DNA of 63,577 nt, counting the filler, from Licmophora abbreviata (Eukaryota), in the NCBI GenBank assembly GCA_900291995.1. It is 8 parts of 8 records of this genome, joined end to end, with 100 filler letters (N's around TTAATTAATTAA, not from the genome) between each part and the next. Parts side by side here need not be neighbours in the genome. Positions count along the whole stretch, not along the records: positions 20,601 to 27,121 come from OLMU01003712.1; positions 27,222 to 33,083 come from OLMU01003713.1; positions 33,184 to 41,650 come from OLMU01003714.1; 5 more parts are not named here. One strand, written 5' to 3'. The notes below the pieces were generated by a model. That model ran no database searches. It was not told where the DNA came from and was given only the letters and a program-made list of their open reading frames with translations. Positions 22,008-34,998 of this stretch are shown piece by piece (position 1 is the stretch's first letter; each line of letters opens with the position of its first letter). A program made the translations under genes and the position numbers.

Positions 22008-25000
22008 ATGTCAAGAGTCGAACAAGTAGAAGAACCTCTCAATAATTACCACGACGACGTCATGGATCCTACTACGTCTGCTGGTGCTGGACAGGAAGAT
22101 CCTGATGCAGAACCAATGGCAGCAGCAGCAGAGGAGCAAGACCAAAACTACCTTCAAGATGAAGTGGCCGTCGGGGAGGAGGACGAGACGGCAGTGGATC
22201 CACCGGACGTGGACATGGAAGAACAACATCGTCAGTCAACAGAGGACGAAACAAACGCTCCAGCGCCCACTACTACTGCTCATGATACAGAACCACCTCT
22301 GGAAGAAACTGCAACGTCCACCCACAAGGAACCAGCTGCAGCAGTACCGTACAGTACAAGACGAAGTGCACAACAAAAGGAAGAAGCCGAACAACAACAA
22401 CGACGAGGCACGCGTGGGACTGCAGATCCCATGTCCGACGACGAAGTGGGCGTGCGATCCTCGCACGAACATATCACTCACACATCGGTGGCTTCCACGT
22501 CCTTTTTGGACTCTCTTGGGGAAGAAGAGAGAAGGACTCGTACCAGGTACCTTCCGGACGTGGATGGCTTTCACATGCTCTTCAAATCAGAAGTCAAGCG
22601 TGATATGGCTTTGGCGCGGTCTGTCATGTCGACGGCCGGAGTCACGTCCAAGATTTCGTCCACGGTGCTTCGTCCGGTCAGCAACAACAGGACTGCAATG
22701 ACCTCCAAGCGCTCCAACTCCTTGCCGCGAAGTAGCAACCATCATCATACAGACGAAATGGATGTGGACGAGGAGGATGGCATTGCTCAGTCGGAAGACG
22801 AACGAGCGTCTGAAATCATCCGTGTCGGTGGTGGAGCTGTCGTGGACGAAGACAACACTGATTTTCAGGTGCCTTCCAATGTCTTTGTGGCTCCTGACGC
22901 TGTTGGAGCAAATGATGGAGCTGTTTCTGCGAGCAATAAACACAAGCCAACGGCGGAAGTCACGGCGACGGTGGAAGCCATTACAGCCTTCAATCCTCCG
23001 AGACCTCCTGAATCGGTCGGGCCCAAGAAGAAGCATCGCATGTTGCGATGGGAACGTCGTCCGCAGGATGTCGATGTGAACCTGACCAACTATCGCAAGA
23101 CTGTTCAGCAAACGCGCAGGGAACTTCACAGCGCGGAGAAGGAGCGTGACCGAATCGGGGTCGTCGGCTCGATCCTCCGAAATGACTATCTGAAGCAGCT
23201 CGCTCTCATGACGGAGGAAGGCAATCAACTCAACGAAGAGCTCGCATCCATCCAGATGGGATGTGTCTCGGGAGCAGAGCTGTTGACGTCTCGGACGCGC
23301 AGTCGAGGTGCTGGGAAGGGGACTCATGTGATGCGCGACGTCCTGTCGATTGTCAAGGCCCGTGGCGTGGAGCTCGTCAACAATGGTCCAACGGCACTTG
23401 CTTCCTCCTCCGATCCTCCTGCGGTACCGGGTGTTGGTGGACTCACACCGGCCGCGTTTTTGGACTGGGATCGTGACACGGTCATGCCGGATCAAAAAAT
23501 TGCGTCGGGGTGGACGCTTCCTGGTGACACGGTGAACACTCCGTACGGTGAAGGCACTGCGTTGCATGTTTCGGGACCAGAGCTGCTCGATGTGACGCGG
23601 GCTGCGCCTTGCAATGTCGTGAACTTGGCTCCTCCTTTGGTCAAGCCGCCGACAGTGGAAGTGCCAATGGAGTCTACTACTACCACCAGTACTGACGAGT
23701 CCATGCCGGAAGCCTTGCAGAGTTCTGCCGGTGAAGGTGCAAATGAAGGTGAGGGTGCTCCCATTGACGAGTCCAAGCCCAGTGATGCTCCAAAGCCAAA
23801 CGAGAAGGTGGAAGAGAAGCAAACAGGGGAAGAGGCGAGTGAGAGTGTGCCGAGTGAAACGAAAACTGAAAAGTCCATGAATCAGATCCTCGGGCCTCGA
23901 GTGTGTGTGCGTCTGCCCTTTGGAATCGGTTACTTTCCTCTTGAGACCGTTTCCTCGAAAGAAGATCCGTCCAGCTACTCGGACTCTATGCTTTCTGCCC
24001 GCTGGAAGAAAATGGTGGAAACTGCGTTATCTGTGTCTGCCAGTATTGATGCTGGAGGGATGGCGGATGCGCTGAAATCAGTGCGCGGTATCGAAAATGG
24101 GTTTGCCACTGATGATGAGGTAGGAAGCCAGGAAGACGGTGCAGAAGCCATGGACATTGACAATACACCAAAATCTGGTGGTGAGAAGAATGTCGCGAAT
24201 GAAACTTTGTCCAGCGGTGTGGAGCGGAGTCTACCTTTTGGTGCTGGCCTGCTCCCCACAGGTTGTGGTCGTGGAACTCTTGTTGCCGACACTTCCGTTT
24301 CAGAGCTAGAGAAAGATATCAATCGAGGTCTATACGACGGAGGTGGCGTTTTTGGCAAGGTTGGTCCAACCATTTGTCGACTTGCTTATCGCGGCCGGCA
24401 GATTGCTCACATTTCTTTCGTTGTATCCCTTGTTTTGGCGACAGCCTGACAATGAAGGCGTCCTTTATTCCATGAAACGTTGGGAGGGCATTCGTCAAAA
24501 CTACTATACTCTTCAGGCTAGTGTTCTTCACCTGAGAAATCAGCTGTACAGGCAGCGTCGTATTCGGGGATTCAACGAGATGACATTTGCCGCCTGCCGG
24601 AATCGTTCTTTCCGAGCCGAAGGCCTAGTGAAAGAGATGCGTGCAGACTTGAAGAGCTTAAAGAACAGGTTGGAGGCCGAAATCTTGGACATGGGTAAGA
24701 ATCGCATCGTCGACGGATATGATGAGTCTGCTTGCCGGTCGCGTCAATTCTGATGTAAACAACTTTGTGCTCTGACACAGGAATCGATGGGGACAAAGCC
24801 GAAGACCTTCTCACTTCCTACTACACTCAGAAAGAGAATGAGGATTTCAGTGGCGTGGAAGCCACGCCTCCTCCGAAGGTATGATGATGGATAGATTGAC
24901 TTTGAGTCACTTCTTGCTGTCTCCTCTTGTGATCGCTCACCGCCATCGGTTGTTCGTTCGTGTTCTGAAGCGCGCCCGGAAGATCGTGCGCGAAGTACCG

Positions 25001-25207
25001 AAATTCTCCCCTAAGCAGACACGCCGCCGTGGGCTTGACAATCCCGAAGTTGCAGGCCAGGAAGGATCCGAAGATGCTGCCAATGAAATGGCTGATGAAA
25101 TGGATCCTCTCGATGAGGAATCTGGCACGAACGACGGCATTGAGAACTCTTCCGACGACGATGTAGACTCTCAACGAGGCGCGAAGCGTGCTCGGTATGC
25201 TCAGTAG
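22008..25207 (+). CDS. Hypothetical nuclear-type protein, 4 exons
   Basis: Long ORF from ATG 22008; introns at about 24360-24444, 24695-24780 and 24879-24970. Acidic N-terminus, coiled coil, TPYGEG and LPFGIGY beta-motifs, basic NLS-like C-terminus (AKRARY). Confidence 0.75.
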
Positions 25208-25632
25208 ATAGTAGTTCGTACCTGGTACATTCGAGCTACAGCAGTATTTGAGCCCAATAGCCATCACCGGTCGGAATTTCGTCTCATAACTATGTTAGCT
25301 CGGCTGTTTCATGACGTTCACGAAAGTGAAGATGATTTGATTGATTTAATTATCATCGTTCTGTTTGGGTGCAAATTGGGCCTTTTCCCGAACACCAAAG
25401 TAATAAATCTGTAAAATAATAATATACAATCACGATTACGCATAATTGATTCAGTTTTATGTGCCATCCGAAATATTGGTCCCTACGCTTTTTCGCTAAT
25501 TTGGTCTCTCAAAGACAACAATAAAAGCAAATCAGTTTTACCCACCTACATCAGATTACTTTCTCTTCGCGTCTCTCATCACTAACTTGTAGTAAGATAC
25601 GATAGAGAGAGAGAGAGAGAGAGAGCTGAACT

Positions 25633-27056
25633 ATGACTAGTAGATCTTCCGCTAAGAGAAGTGAGCGGCAGGAAAACCTCGACGGCCCTCACCGAAATAC
25701 CAGTCCTTCCTTCCTGTATGTGCGTGGATCTCGTGCTGTGACCGGCGTGAGCATGCCGCACACAGGGTCGACCCAAGGCGACACGATACAGACTGGCTCA
25801 TTGGATGACACTTGTTCCACCTTCCGCTCTATTGCAGAGGTTGTGGAAAGGAGCGACAACTCGGGCAGTAGTAGCACATCCTTCTTGGATTCAAGCAAAT
25901 ACCTTGTTTTAGCCCGCTCTCGCACACAGGACACAAAGTCGACACAGGGCGAAACGACATCGAATGCTTCGTGGAGTGACGATTTTCCTATCCCCTGGAC
26001 CTCGTCAACTTTCCAGAAACCAATTCCAGACGATGACTGGGTGGGCTTTCCATCAGTGTCGGAGAACCTGGAAGAATTTGGTGAAGAAGTCATGGTCATA
26101 CCAAGCCCGATTCTCGGGAGGCACCACGATCACAATAAACGGATGGACGAGACGCAAAATGTGGCCTCTTTCAACTTTATGAGCCCAAGAGAAGCAATAA
26201 AGGAGGTTGCACGGAACCATGTGGAGTACCAAGGGAATATGAACAACGATATCCCTGGAAGTAGCGGTCTCCGTGTTAGATATGATCCAGGGGTGCACCT
26301 CAGTCATAACAAACGAACACAGAAGCAGCAGCATCATGAGCTCGTAATCTCTCCCCGTCACGATATTGACTTACGAATGCCGCTACCAATGTGGGAAACA
26401 AGTCGACAAAGTCGTCAAAGAAACTCAAACCTTCAGAGAGAAAGGAGCCAGAAACGAATCGATCTATTGTTGGACATGTTGGAGAAAGAGAGACAACTGC
26501 AAAGACGATTAGACGACGACGAAGATGATGAACACCTTGCCTTATCAGTCTTACTCCGGAAAAGCCGAATACATGATGCCAAGGAAACGGTGATGGTGGC
26601 ATCACCCTTGAACGCTCGGACAGGTGTGACTGGCAAGAAAGGGAGCGTACAGAGAAGCAAAAAACCAAATACTTCACAAACAACGTTTCTCTCACCACCG
26701 TGCAAGAGATGAGAAGCTCACTGCATGGTCGTCAGCAGGAGTGGTGTAACCCCTTGACCTTCCTTGACTCTGGTCCGCGTTGTCCGATCATCTCCTTGGT
26801 GGATGGACATGATCGCGTACGAGTTCCAGTGTCACCCGCTGACTCTTCCGATTTTTCGTTGCCGCCGCCATCCCTTGCGTCAAACTACCTCTCGCCTCTG
26901 TCACAGACTCGATCAATGAATGTCTTTTATGATTCCTCTTCGCCAACTTCCTGGGAGGAAGAAAGCAAAGGCATCTCGAGCTGTCAAAGCGAGCAGTATG
27001 TGAACAATGAAATTGACCTCGTCAACGAAGGCTTCGAATGGCTCGGTCGTAGCTAG
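25633..27056 (+). CDS. Hypothetical low-complexity protein with an apparent frameshift near 26580-26700
   Basis: The 359-aa ORF overlaps a second frame that is open from 26577 to 27056. A (GA)n tract lies just upstream of the ATG. Confidence 0.5.
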
Positions 27057-27121
27057 CTACTGATTCAGCTGAAAAGCCAGAGACTCTTAAGTTAGAAAGG
27101 TTCATCCAGTTTCTCTTATTT

Positions 27122-27221
27122 NNNNNNNNNNNNNNNNNNNNNNNNNNNNNNNNNNNNNNNNNNNNTTAATTAATTAANNNNNNNNNNNNNNNNNNNNNNN
27201 NNNNNNNNNNNNNNNNNNNNN
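27122..27221. other. Artificial contig linker
   Basis: N44-TTAATTAATTAA-N44. Confidence 0.98.
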
Positions 27222-27225
27222 AAAG

Positions 27226-30200
27226 TCAGTTTTGCCTAGCAGGTCGGTCGATCACCAGAGTGTGGTCGAAATCACTCTCGTTTTCGTGTAAAAGACTCTT
27301 GCGGGCTTCCACTGACTTTGAACGCTGCCTGAACTTGCCACGATGTCGACCTGACACTGTATTTCTTATGCCTTTCAGTCCACTCCGGACGTACCCTCCT
27401 AGAGAGCGTCGCTTTCCAGTGTCTGTCCACCGCGCATTCATCGCTGGAGCGATTTTTGCACCACCATCAAACGCACGTTCATCAGTCTTGAGGTCGGGGT
27501 CAATAGACAGTGCAGACGACTGGGATGCGCGCGAGCGATCTTCCAGGTACCGAATGGTGAGTCCGACATGACGGTGCACGTCTCCTGCGCTGCCTACAGA
27601 TATTACATCAGTCTGACTCAACAGAGGACGCTCGTCGCTTCGATCCCTCTTCTCCCTCGCTGTACGAACCCCAAAGAACACAGTTGACTTCAGCTTCTCG
27701 GGCTCTGTAGAAGTGTCGTCGTCTGGAATACTTGACGAATGGATTGACACAAGATCCGGTATCGCATCCGACGGGTGCGCGTGGAGGGCCTCCAGCCTTC
27801 GGTGGTTTTCGAATAGCGGCAAAGAGGCTTCGAAGGTACCTTCGCTGGCGTCACTGTCGAAGGCAATGTCGTCGTCTTCGTGGAATGACGACGGGAGTAG
27901 GATCGACTCTGGACTGTCTCTTTCAGCGACCTGCGAGCTCTCAGAGGTGCTCATGATAATCGGTCTCCCTCCAAACGCTGCCCACGATGGAAAACTACTT
28001 CCTGTTGTTTGCGTGATACTGCTTGTAGGAGTCTCTGTCATGCTGGGGGAGGACCCCGATGGCGGCCTAGACGACGTCAACTGCTCCCTGTTCAGTAGCA
28101 GCGCCGACGCGGCCGAGGTAGCGGTAGCCATGATAGCGGAAGTCTCGGACTGGTCTTTGCTACTTCCAGATGGCCGCTGAGCCTTACGCCAGGAAGGGTT
28201 CGTAGAGACCTGTGAATATGACGAGGACGAAAGAGATGGGGGGCGTCGTGGGCGGTCGTCCAACGGCGCTTCATCGAGCAGGTGAGAACTGAGCTCTGAT
28301 GGGTTTCGACGACTTTGCACCCCCAATGGCCGCCCAGCTTCTTTGTCAATGGTATCTCTCGTTACAGGTCCATCCATCCATACGACTGGTCGCCCTCCCA
28401 TGGATATCCATGCAGGCGGCTGACCGGTTGGGGCTTGGTTATGTCGATGCGACAGGGAATTCAGATCGATTAGATGCTCGTCCCTACTCACCACGGGTCT
28501 GCCTCCGAACACCGCCCATGCGGGAGCTCCTTCATTCATACTACCCGTTCCCTTCTGTGGTTGCTCAGTCAAACCAATATTCTCGATTGACTGATCTGTT
28601 TCGTCAAGAAAGAGCTCCGCCGATTCTCCCGTCGGTGACAACATAGCAAGCTGTTGCATTCTATACTCGGCAGCTTTTCTCTGATGTTCCTGACCGTCCT
28701 CCCCGGCAGGCCGGAGGAAGCTACAATTCTCGTCAGGGAGAAGACAAAAGTCCTCTTCAATCTCGTGTATTCGATGGCGTTGATTTTCTGCTTCACGGCT
28801 CTGTTGAAGTCTCTGTCTCTTCATAGCCTCGTCAGTCTTGATCAGCTCGCGTAGCTCGTCTTGGTTTTCGATAGACATTCTTTGTCGCTCGTTCTCTAGA
28901 TAGTGAAGCTTTTCTTCTGCATCAACATTCCTGCTTAAGGACCAACGGAATAGATCGAAAAGGTGTATCTTCGCTTTAACCGGCGGATCATCTTCGTTAT
29001 GGTACGCGTCCCGACATTCTTCATTAGACTCGTTTTCTACAGGCCTTTCCAGATCCTGCAAGACATCCATGAAGTTTTGCAACGCCGCCTCTGCCAGTGC
29101 GATCCGATCCTGAGTTAGTTGACTGCTGGAACTCGATCCGCTCCTCATATCGTCCGTGTCCACGTTTGTGGTGGCTACCGACGGCATACTGAATGCATCG
29201 TTCGTAGATGGCGAGCTGGGAAGCAGCATATCCATGACAGAATTCAGAGCCGCTTGTGCGATTTGAATCTCTCCCATGTTCTTATCAAGATTGGTTTCAT
29301 TGCCTGTATTCATATTGAGCCGTCTGCTACTTGGATCGTTCTTTTCCTCCACGGTAGGGTTGGTACGCATGACATCTCGTTCTGGCTCGTTTTCAGGGTC
29401 TCTGTCCTCAGTCAGTGACTGCTGCGTGAGTGTCGCTTGCATGGTGTCGGGCAGAGGTGAGTCCTTCGATGGATGAGTGGAATTCCCCGACAATGAAATA
29501 TCGACTCCTTTCTGCTCGTTCACCTGCGCTTTCTCTTCATCGCTCTCGCTTTCATGTTGGTTCAAATCTAAGTCTGCTCTAGGCTCGTCAATGCTGTACC
29601 GCGGGTTCCTGGCTCGGATGGTAGCTTTCCGTTGAGCGAGCTCCAGTCTGCGCGGGCGCTCGTCTGACGGTTGCTCTGGGGATGATGTCCTTACGGAATC
29701 CGTACTTCCTCTGCAAGCCAGTTTTCGGACGGATCGTCTTGTCTGAGCGCGACGATGACAAGGGATCAGATATGGGTATGGCGTTTCCCTCCTTCGTTCG
29801 AGCTTCTGACATGCCGCGACCGTCTGGTCTGTCGAAGTGCTGTTGAGCTGTTGAGGCCTTCCGCTCCGGTTCCAATTTTCGCGCGGACTTTGTCTTCGAA
29901 AAGTCAGACGCAGCATGAAGTTTGGATCCAGTCGCTCGTCTCACACTTTTTCCTAGGGAAGCCCGTGGGACCTTCTTTGGTTCTGGGCTCGCTGGGTTGG
30001 GCTGTTGGTGGTCGTAGGCCTCCAGTAGCTCTGCTCTTGGTTCGTCAAAGAGTGCGTCTATTCTCGATATTCTCGTCGAGGCAGGACGAATTATGCGTTT
30101 CGAACCCTCATGCGACGCTGCGTAATCCTCCAGCATGGTTTCCTTCTCAGTCGTTCGCGACGTGGAGAAACCAGCAGCAGAGCGCGGGGCTGCTTGAGCA

Positions 30201-30313
30201 GAGGAAGAGTGCTGAGGTCCCGCTTCCGTGTAACGGTACGACGAGTCGCCAATCTGCGATGCGTTGCGTTCTGCTTCTCGAGTTTCCATTTGCAGTGGCA
30301 CAATTCGTCCCAT
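27226..30313 (-). CDS. Hypothetical disordered protein of about 1000 aa with three W-x-x-[FM]-GGRP repeats; apparent frameshift near 29700-29730
   Basis: Overlapping ORFs 29588-30334 and 27226-29916 share a DEPRA[ED]L motif. Likely start ATG 30313 (MGRIVPLQ). Confidence 0.6.
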
Positions 30314-30672
30314 TCTTATCCCTACAAACTCCACCGTGCTGCGAGGCTGGAGAAGCTATTCGTTCTGTCTATGGCAACAACGCAGGATACAACCGCGGTT
30401 GGCAGTACATTCGAGCGGACGAGTTCGCTGTGATCGCGGTCTTGCGCGTGATCCTGTTTGCTCCCGAGCGAGTTGCTCATGCGAGTGTCATGGGCCGGAT
30501 GTGTTTAGACAGCACCCATTTGATGGCGCACCTATCATAAGTGAAATGGTACTGGAGACCCATACATTTATGAGAGTATGTAATATACATTATTCGCAAC
30601 CGTATGCTATTAGGTTTTTTATTTCATTTTTTTAATTGTACCAAGTACCAGTTATGGCATAAGACGAACTGA

Positions 30673-32757
30673 TTAAGTGGAATGACCTGAGATCAAACTC
30701 ATGTTGTCAAGGATGTCGCTGTAATTGACGACCGAGTTATCACTGCTTTTGGCAGGAGCCATGTTCGCCTCTCTGTCAAACAGTGTCGAGAGTTCTCGTT
30801 TCGAGACTGGTTCCATGATTTGCAGCATGGTTGCCGCACTGACTGACTTGATGCCTTTCTCCTCTGTCTTCTTCAGGTCCCGAGAGCTCACGCGCATCGA
30901 CTTGTCGTAGAATTGACTATGCAGCTTCCGGTTGGGCTGGTTCAGTGGCCATGCGCGGTTGACATGGTATTGTTGAACTGATGTTGTGCTTCGAGACCTC
31001 TGAAGCAGCTTGCGACGGTCAATTTTGGTATGGGAGCTCATGTTCATGGAAAGATCCTGCACCGGTGGCTGATCTGCAGCGTCCACATCGAGATTGCGTT
31101 GAGAGGAGCTCCATTCAAAAACATTGTGCAACGAAGGACGACGGTCCGGCCTCGATCGCGTTGGCGTCCGCTTGGAAGCTAGCAAATCAGTCGAGCGGAT
31201 GTTGAGACATGGAGTAGACATCTGTTTCTTCATGGCATCCCGGCGGCTCTTGGTTGACTTCTTAGGTGATCGGATAGGGGTTCGAGGTGCAGACCTAGTC
31301 GAATGAAGGGACTTGTCAGGCACGGAATAGTTGGCTGGTAAATCAGTCGAGTGGATGTTCAGACATGGAGTAGACATTTGTTTCTTCATGGCGTCCCGGC
31401 GGCTCTTGTTTGACTTCTTAGGTGATCCGATAGGGGCTCGAGGTGCAGACCTAGTTGAATTGAGGGACTTGTCAGGCACGGGAGATGTAGCTGGCTCTGC
31501 AGATTTGAGATTGCGCTTGCTGTCTTCACGCAAGAACTGCAAAAACTCGTCATGAGCTGCCGAAGGAGGAGCCACTCTGCTAGTGTTGTCATGTAGAATG
31601 CTGCGTTCTGACTCAGCACGCAGGAGACCTCTACGAGAAGATGTGGGGGTTCTTGTTTTTGGCCTTGACACTGACCTAGGAGAAGGTCGAGGAGTGGAAT
31701 TTTTGCTGGCAGTCAAAGAGGGTTGCCGAAGACTTGGAGTCTTGATAACCCTTTGTTCTGACTCGACACGCTTTAGCTCTCTGCGGGGGGTAGACTTGGG
31801 CTTCGTTGGAGTTGAGGGAACATGCTCACCTGTTATCCCCAGCTCTTCTCTCACTTGGCTGCTGCTCGCTTTCTCCATGTCCCTGTTCGCCTTCTTGGCA
31901 TGGAACGAAATATCAAAGGAATCGTTAGTCGAATGCGACCCCGCTGACATGGATACAGGCAGCGACATCCGCCGACGAGAGCTGTGATGAGAACTGCCAC
32001 CCGCCTGGCTGCCCCTCCATGGCTTGTTCTCGTCTCGTGGCGTCATCTCGAATTCTTCCTCAGGAGAGGGCTCTGTTGGCTCTTGCAGAAGAATCATAGT
32101 GCGGCGATCAGTCTTCATACGGGCCGAAGCAGTCGTTTCAATGGTCAGGTCGTCGGCAGTCTTGGGTGCCTTGACTTTTGGAGCAGAGTTAAGCACCGCC
32201 CCCAGCGTCCCGCTATTGTCATCGCTGTCTTCTCCATCTTCCGAATGTTCTTCGTTTATCTTTTTAGCCCAATTGAAAGATGTTTTCCAGTCTGAAAAGT
32301 CGTCCCTCCCCCATGAACGGCTGCTGTCCTCTGCGACAATGTGTCTGTTGCTGGAGGCGAACGCGTTCGTGTCATCAGCGCTGAGGGTCTGGATTTCGGG
32401 TTTAACATAGCTGGTGACCCCAGTTTTGAAAGAGTCGTTCATAGAGAGACGACTCAGTGAGTTGCTCGTCGATGTGATACCAGTGCGGGCGGATTCGTTT
32501 GTAAAGGTCGTTTCTGCAACGGTCGTGGCCGTTCCCATACTACGAATACTTGACCTCGCGGACTCCCGGCTTGTTGCATCGAGCTTACTGCTAAGATTCG
32601 ATGAGCAAACAGACTTTCCTTTCTGTCGAACAGCATTGAGAGTTGAAGTTACGCCGCTCCATCGACCATGCTTACTAAGAGAGGTGGAAGAACTACCAGT
32701 GATCCGGCCGTTCGGGTTTGCGCCACCAGGCCGCTCGACGCTGCATTGAGCATGCAT
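30673..32757 (-). CDS. Hypothetical Ser/Arg-rich disordered protein with a 52-aa internal duplication
   Basis: 694-aa ATG-initiated ORF with repeated RRxLxRxxS motifs. Confidence 0.7.
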   Translation of the reverse strand: MHAQCSVERPGGANPNGRITGSSSTSLSKHGRWSGVTSTLNAVRQKGKSVCSSNLSSKLDATSRESARSSIRSMGTATTVAETTFTNESARTGITSTSNSLSRLSMNDSFKTGVTSYVKPEIQTLSADDTNAFASSNRHIVAEDSSRSWGRDDFSDWKTSFNWAKKINEEHSEDGEDSDDNSGTLGAVLNSAPKVKAPKTADDLTIETTASARMKTDRRTMILLQEPTEPSPEEEFEMTPRDENKPWRGSQAGGSSHHSSRRRMSLPVSMSAGSHSTNDSFDISFHAKKANRDMEKASSSQVREELGITGEHVPSTPTKPKSTPRRELKRVESEQRVIKTPSLRQPSLTASKNSTPRPSPRSVSRPKTRTPTSSRRGLLRAESERSILHDNTSRVAPPSAAHDEFLQFLREDSKRNLKSAEPATSPVPDKSLNSTRSAPRAPIGSPKKSNKSRRDAMKKQMSTPCLNIHSTDLPANYSVPDKSLHSTRSAPRTPIRSPKKSTKSRRDAMKKQMSTPCLNIRSTDLLASKRTPTRSRPDRRPSLHNVFEWSSSQRNLDVDAADQPPVQDLSMNMSSHTKIDRRKLLQRSRSTTSVQQYHVNRAWPLNQPNRKLHSQFYDKSMRVSSRDLKKTEEKGIKSVSAATMLQIMEPVSKRELSTLFDREANMAPAKSSDNSVVNYSDILDNMSLISGHST
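31184..31481. repeat. 156-bp-period tandem duplication within the CDS
   Basis: VPDKSL..STRSAPR.PI.SPKKS.KSRRDAMKKQMSTPCLNI.STDL occurs twice; AAATCAGTCGAG at 31184 and 31340. Confidence 0.95.
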
Positions 32758-33083
32758 GGTCTTGAACTACTGCAGTTCTTTTCTCTGTATGAAACTCCCA
32801 ATCCTTGACCTTTTCAAATGTATCTAGAAAGTACTTGTGGGTTGTACCCTTTCGCGGGCTGATGAAGTTGTTCCTTACAGAGACGATGAGGGTCGAGACG
32901 AACATAAATGATGAAAAAGGTTGAAACTCATAACGTCGTAGCTCTTGGGAGTAATTATAGAATGCACTATACGAGGTTGAATACACAATAATCGTGTTTC
33001 TTTATGTCTCGAAATGACCAGAATGACCTCCACATGAACCAACTTTCATAGATTGATTCATTCGACTCATTCTCCATCCATCT

Positions 33084-33183
33084 NNNNNNNNNNNNNNNNN
33101 NNNNNNNNNNNNNNNNNNNNNNNNNNNTTAATTAATTAANNNNNNNNNNNNNNNNNNNNNNNNNNNNNNNNNNNNNNNNNNNN
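33084..33183. other. Artificial contig linker
   Basis: N44-TTAATTAATTAA-N44. Confidence 0.98.
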
Positions 33184-33379
33184 CATTCATTTTCTGTCTT
33201 CGAATATATTTCAGAGGTACACCATCGAGCTATCGAGCTCCTCCTTGTCTGGTATCGGGCACATGAGTGCTTGTTTGACATTGTTGTTGACTAAGCATGT
33301 ACTACGACGTGGAGTTGACTCGAAAGTTATGAATTGGTGGGATTCCTACTTGTCATGGTACTTCCATGTCATAGAATAA

Positions 33380-34319
33380 TCATGGCAGGGCTAGACGCCG
33401 CCTGGATTGAGTCGGCTTCCCGTGAGGGCGATCATTCAGTTTGGGGGCGGTAGAGCCCGTGGACCTCCGACGCTCCGCTCTGTGTGCACTTCTCCGCTGG
33501 ATGCCGCTGTACTGGGGCTCCTCCTTACTCACGACAGAGCAATCGTCGGCCATTGCTGAAAAGTTCTGGTCGTTGACGTTGTGTACTTGACATTTTTTGG
33601 AAAACACTTCTTCTGCTAGGAGCCTTCGAAACCTTGTTGACCCTGAAGCTTGCGAGTTTGTACTTTTCCATGTCCTTCTTAGTCAGTACGTCGCTGCGCG
33701 ATCGCTGTCTTGAACACATGGGTACTTTCTCCTCAGATAGAAACGCTCGCCTTCTGTTTACCGATGGCTTGTGTTCTCCATCGAGTGACAAAACGGGCAA
33801 CTGCGCGAAGCTCTTGGAATGGAAAGCTTTCCCGCGGGAAATCTGTACACTCGTGCCAGCCGCAGGCTGTGGCGCAAGGCGTGAGCGAACCGACTTATGG
33901 GTTTTAATCAACCGTTGTCTACCTTTTGGCTCAGGATCTTGTTCTGGATCTCGATTGGTTGATAGAATGTTGATGCTGCTGACCACGGCAATGTCCGATT
34001 GGGAGTCAGAGGATCTATCCATCACAAATCCCAGGGATGACATGACTACTTGACTGGAAGGCCCTTTCATGTCGGAAAGTATGGCCGGGGTAAATTGAAC
34101 AAAGGGACTACTCCTTTTCCCTATCTCTGGTCCATCTACAGAGCGACATGTATATCCATCATCTTCATCTCCGGACGGTGGGTCGAGCAAAGCTGCCTCG
34201 TTGGACGACTCTGATGCTGTTGTCGATGCCGTTCCATTACTCTCAAGACTTCGGGTCGACCCTAAAGTCTTTTTAGTGGAACGGTATCCACTGATCGCTG
34301 TGGCGCTCAAGCGAACCAT
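33380..34319 (-). CDS. Hypothetical Ser/Arg-rich protein, possible frameshift near 33560
   Basis: The 264-aa ORF overlaps a second frame (SAMADDCSVVSKEE...). Removing one T from CTTTTC joins them as PELSAMADD. Confidence 0.5.
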
Positions 34320-34998
34320 TGCTAATCCGTCTGGGCACGGAAGAGTTGTTTGGTGTCGAAAGATGAGAAAGGCGCAAGGTCAAAAAGTGAGAGGCGAAAG
34401 CTCTTTTCGTGCTCGAGTCATTGGGGCTTAGTTGATGAAAATTATTTAAGCCCATTTACTTATGGATTGCGAAATGTCTTCATTTGCATCCGTATTCGGT
34501 CGTAGTCATGGGTCATGGACGATGACCTTCGGTACATTTGAAGACGTTCAAACAACACATTCCGGTTTTGAGGAACACGCACACTTGAAACGCCATCACG
34601 CGCTAGGCTATGTGACTGGCTTCATGACTAAGACCCATGCCACTAGCCCCAGCAGAATTGAAAGAATAAGCTTGTTGCTACTGCGCGATTGCCTAGAGAC
34701 TCTATTTTGGAGATGGAGTGTTTGTTTGGCTCCTTGGGAAGTAGCTACGTTCGTGATTGGTCTTGATTCTGGACACATCCCGGTGATTTTAAGCAAACAA
34801 AAAAAGTGGCCTCCTCTCGCATCGATCTGATCTCAAAACAACGATTGAAGCTACCAAACTTATAGCGTAAAACTGAAACTAATGCATGCCCGCGTTTCTC
34901 TGGCCTTGTCGTCGCCATGAACCATGAGATCCACACTTGCGCGTCCGATAGACATGTTATCATGTCCGTACTAAGCAATCCTCACACTGTTTCTACTA

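Noticed and set aside
22587..23822. Long antisense ORFs (411 aa here; also 43867-44727, 29755-30540, 7631-8341)
   Set aside because: They are shadows of sense-strand genes, with no motifs and non-protein-like composition.
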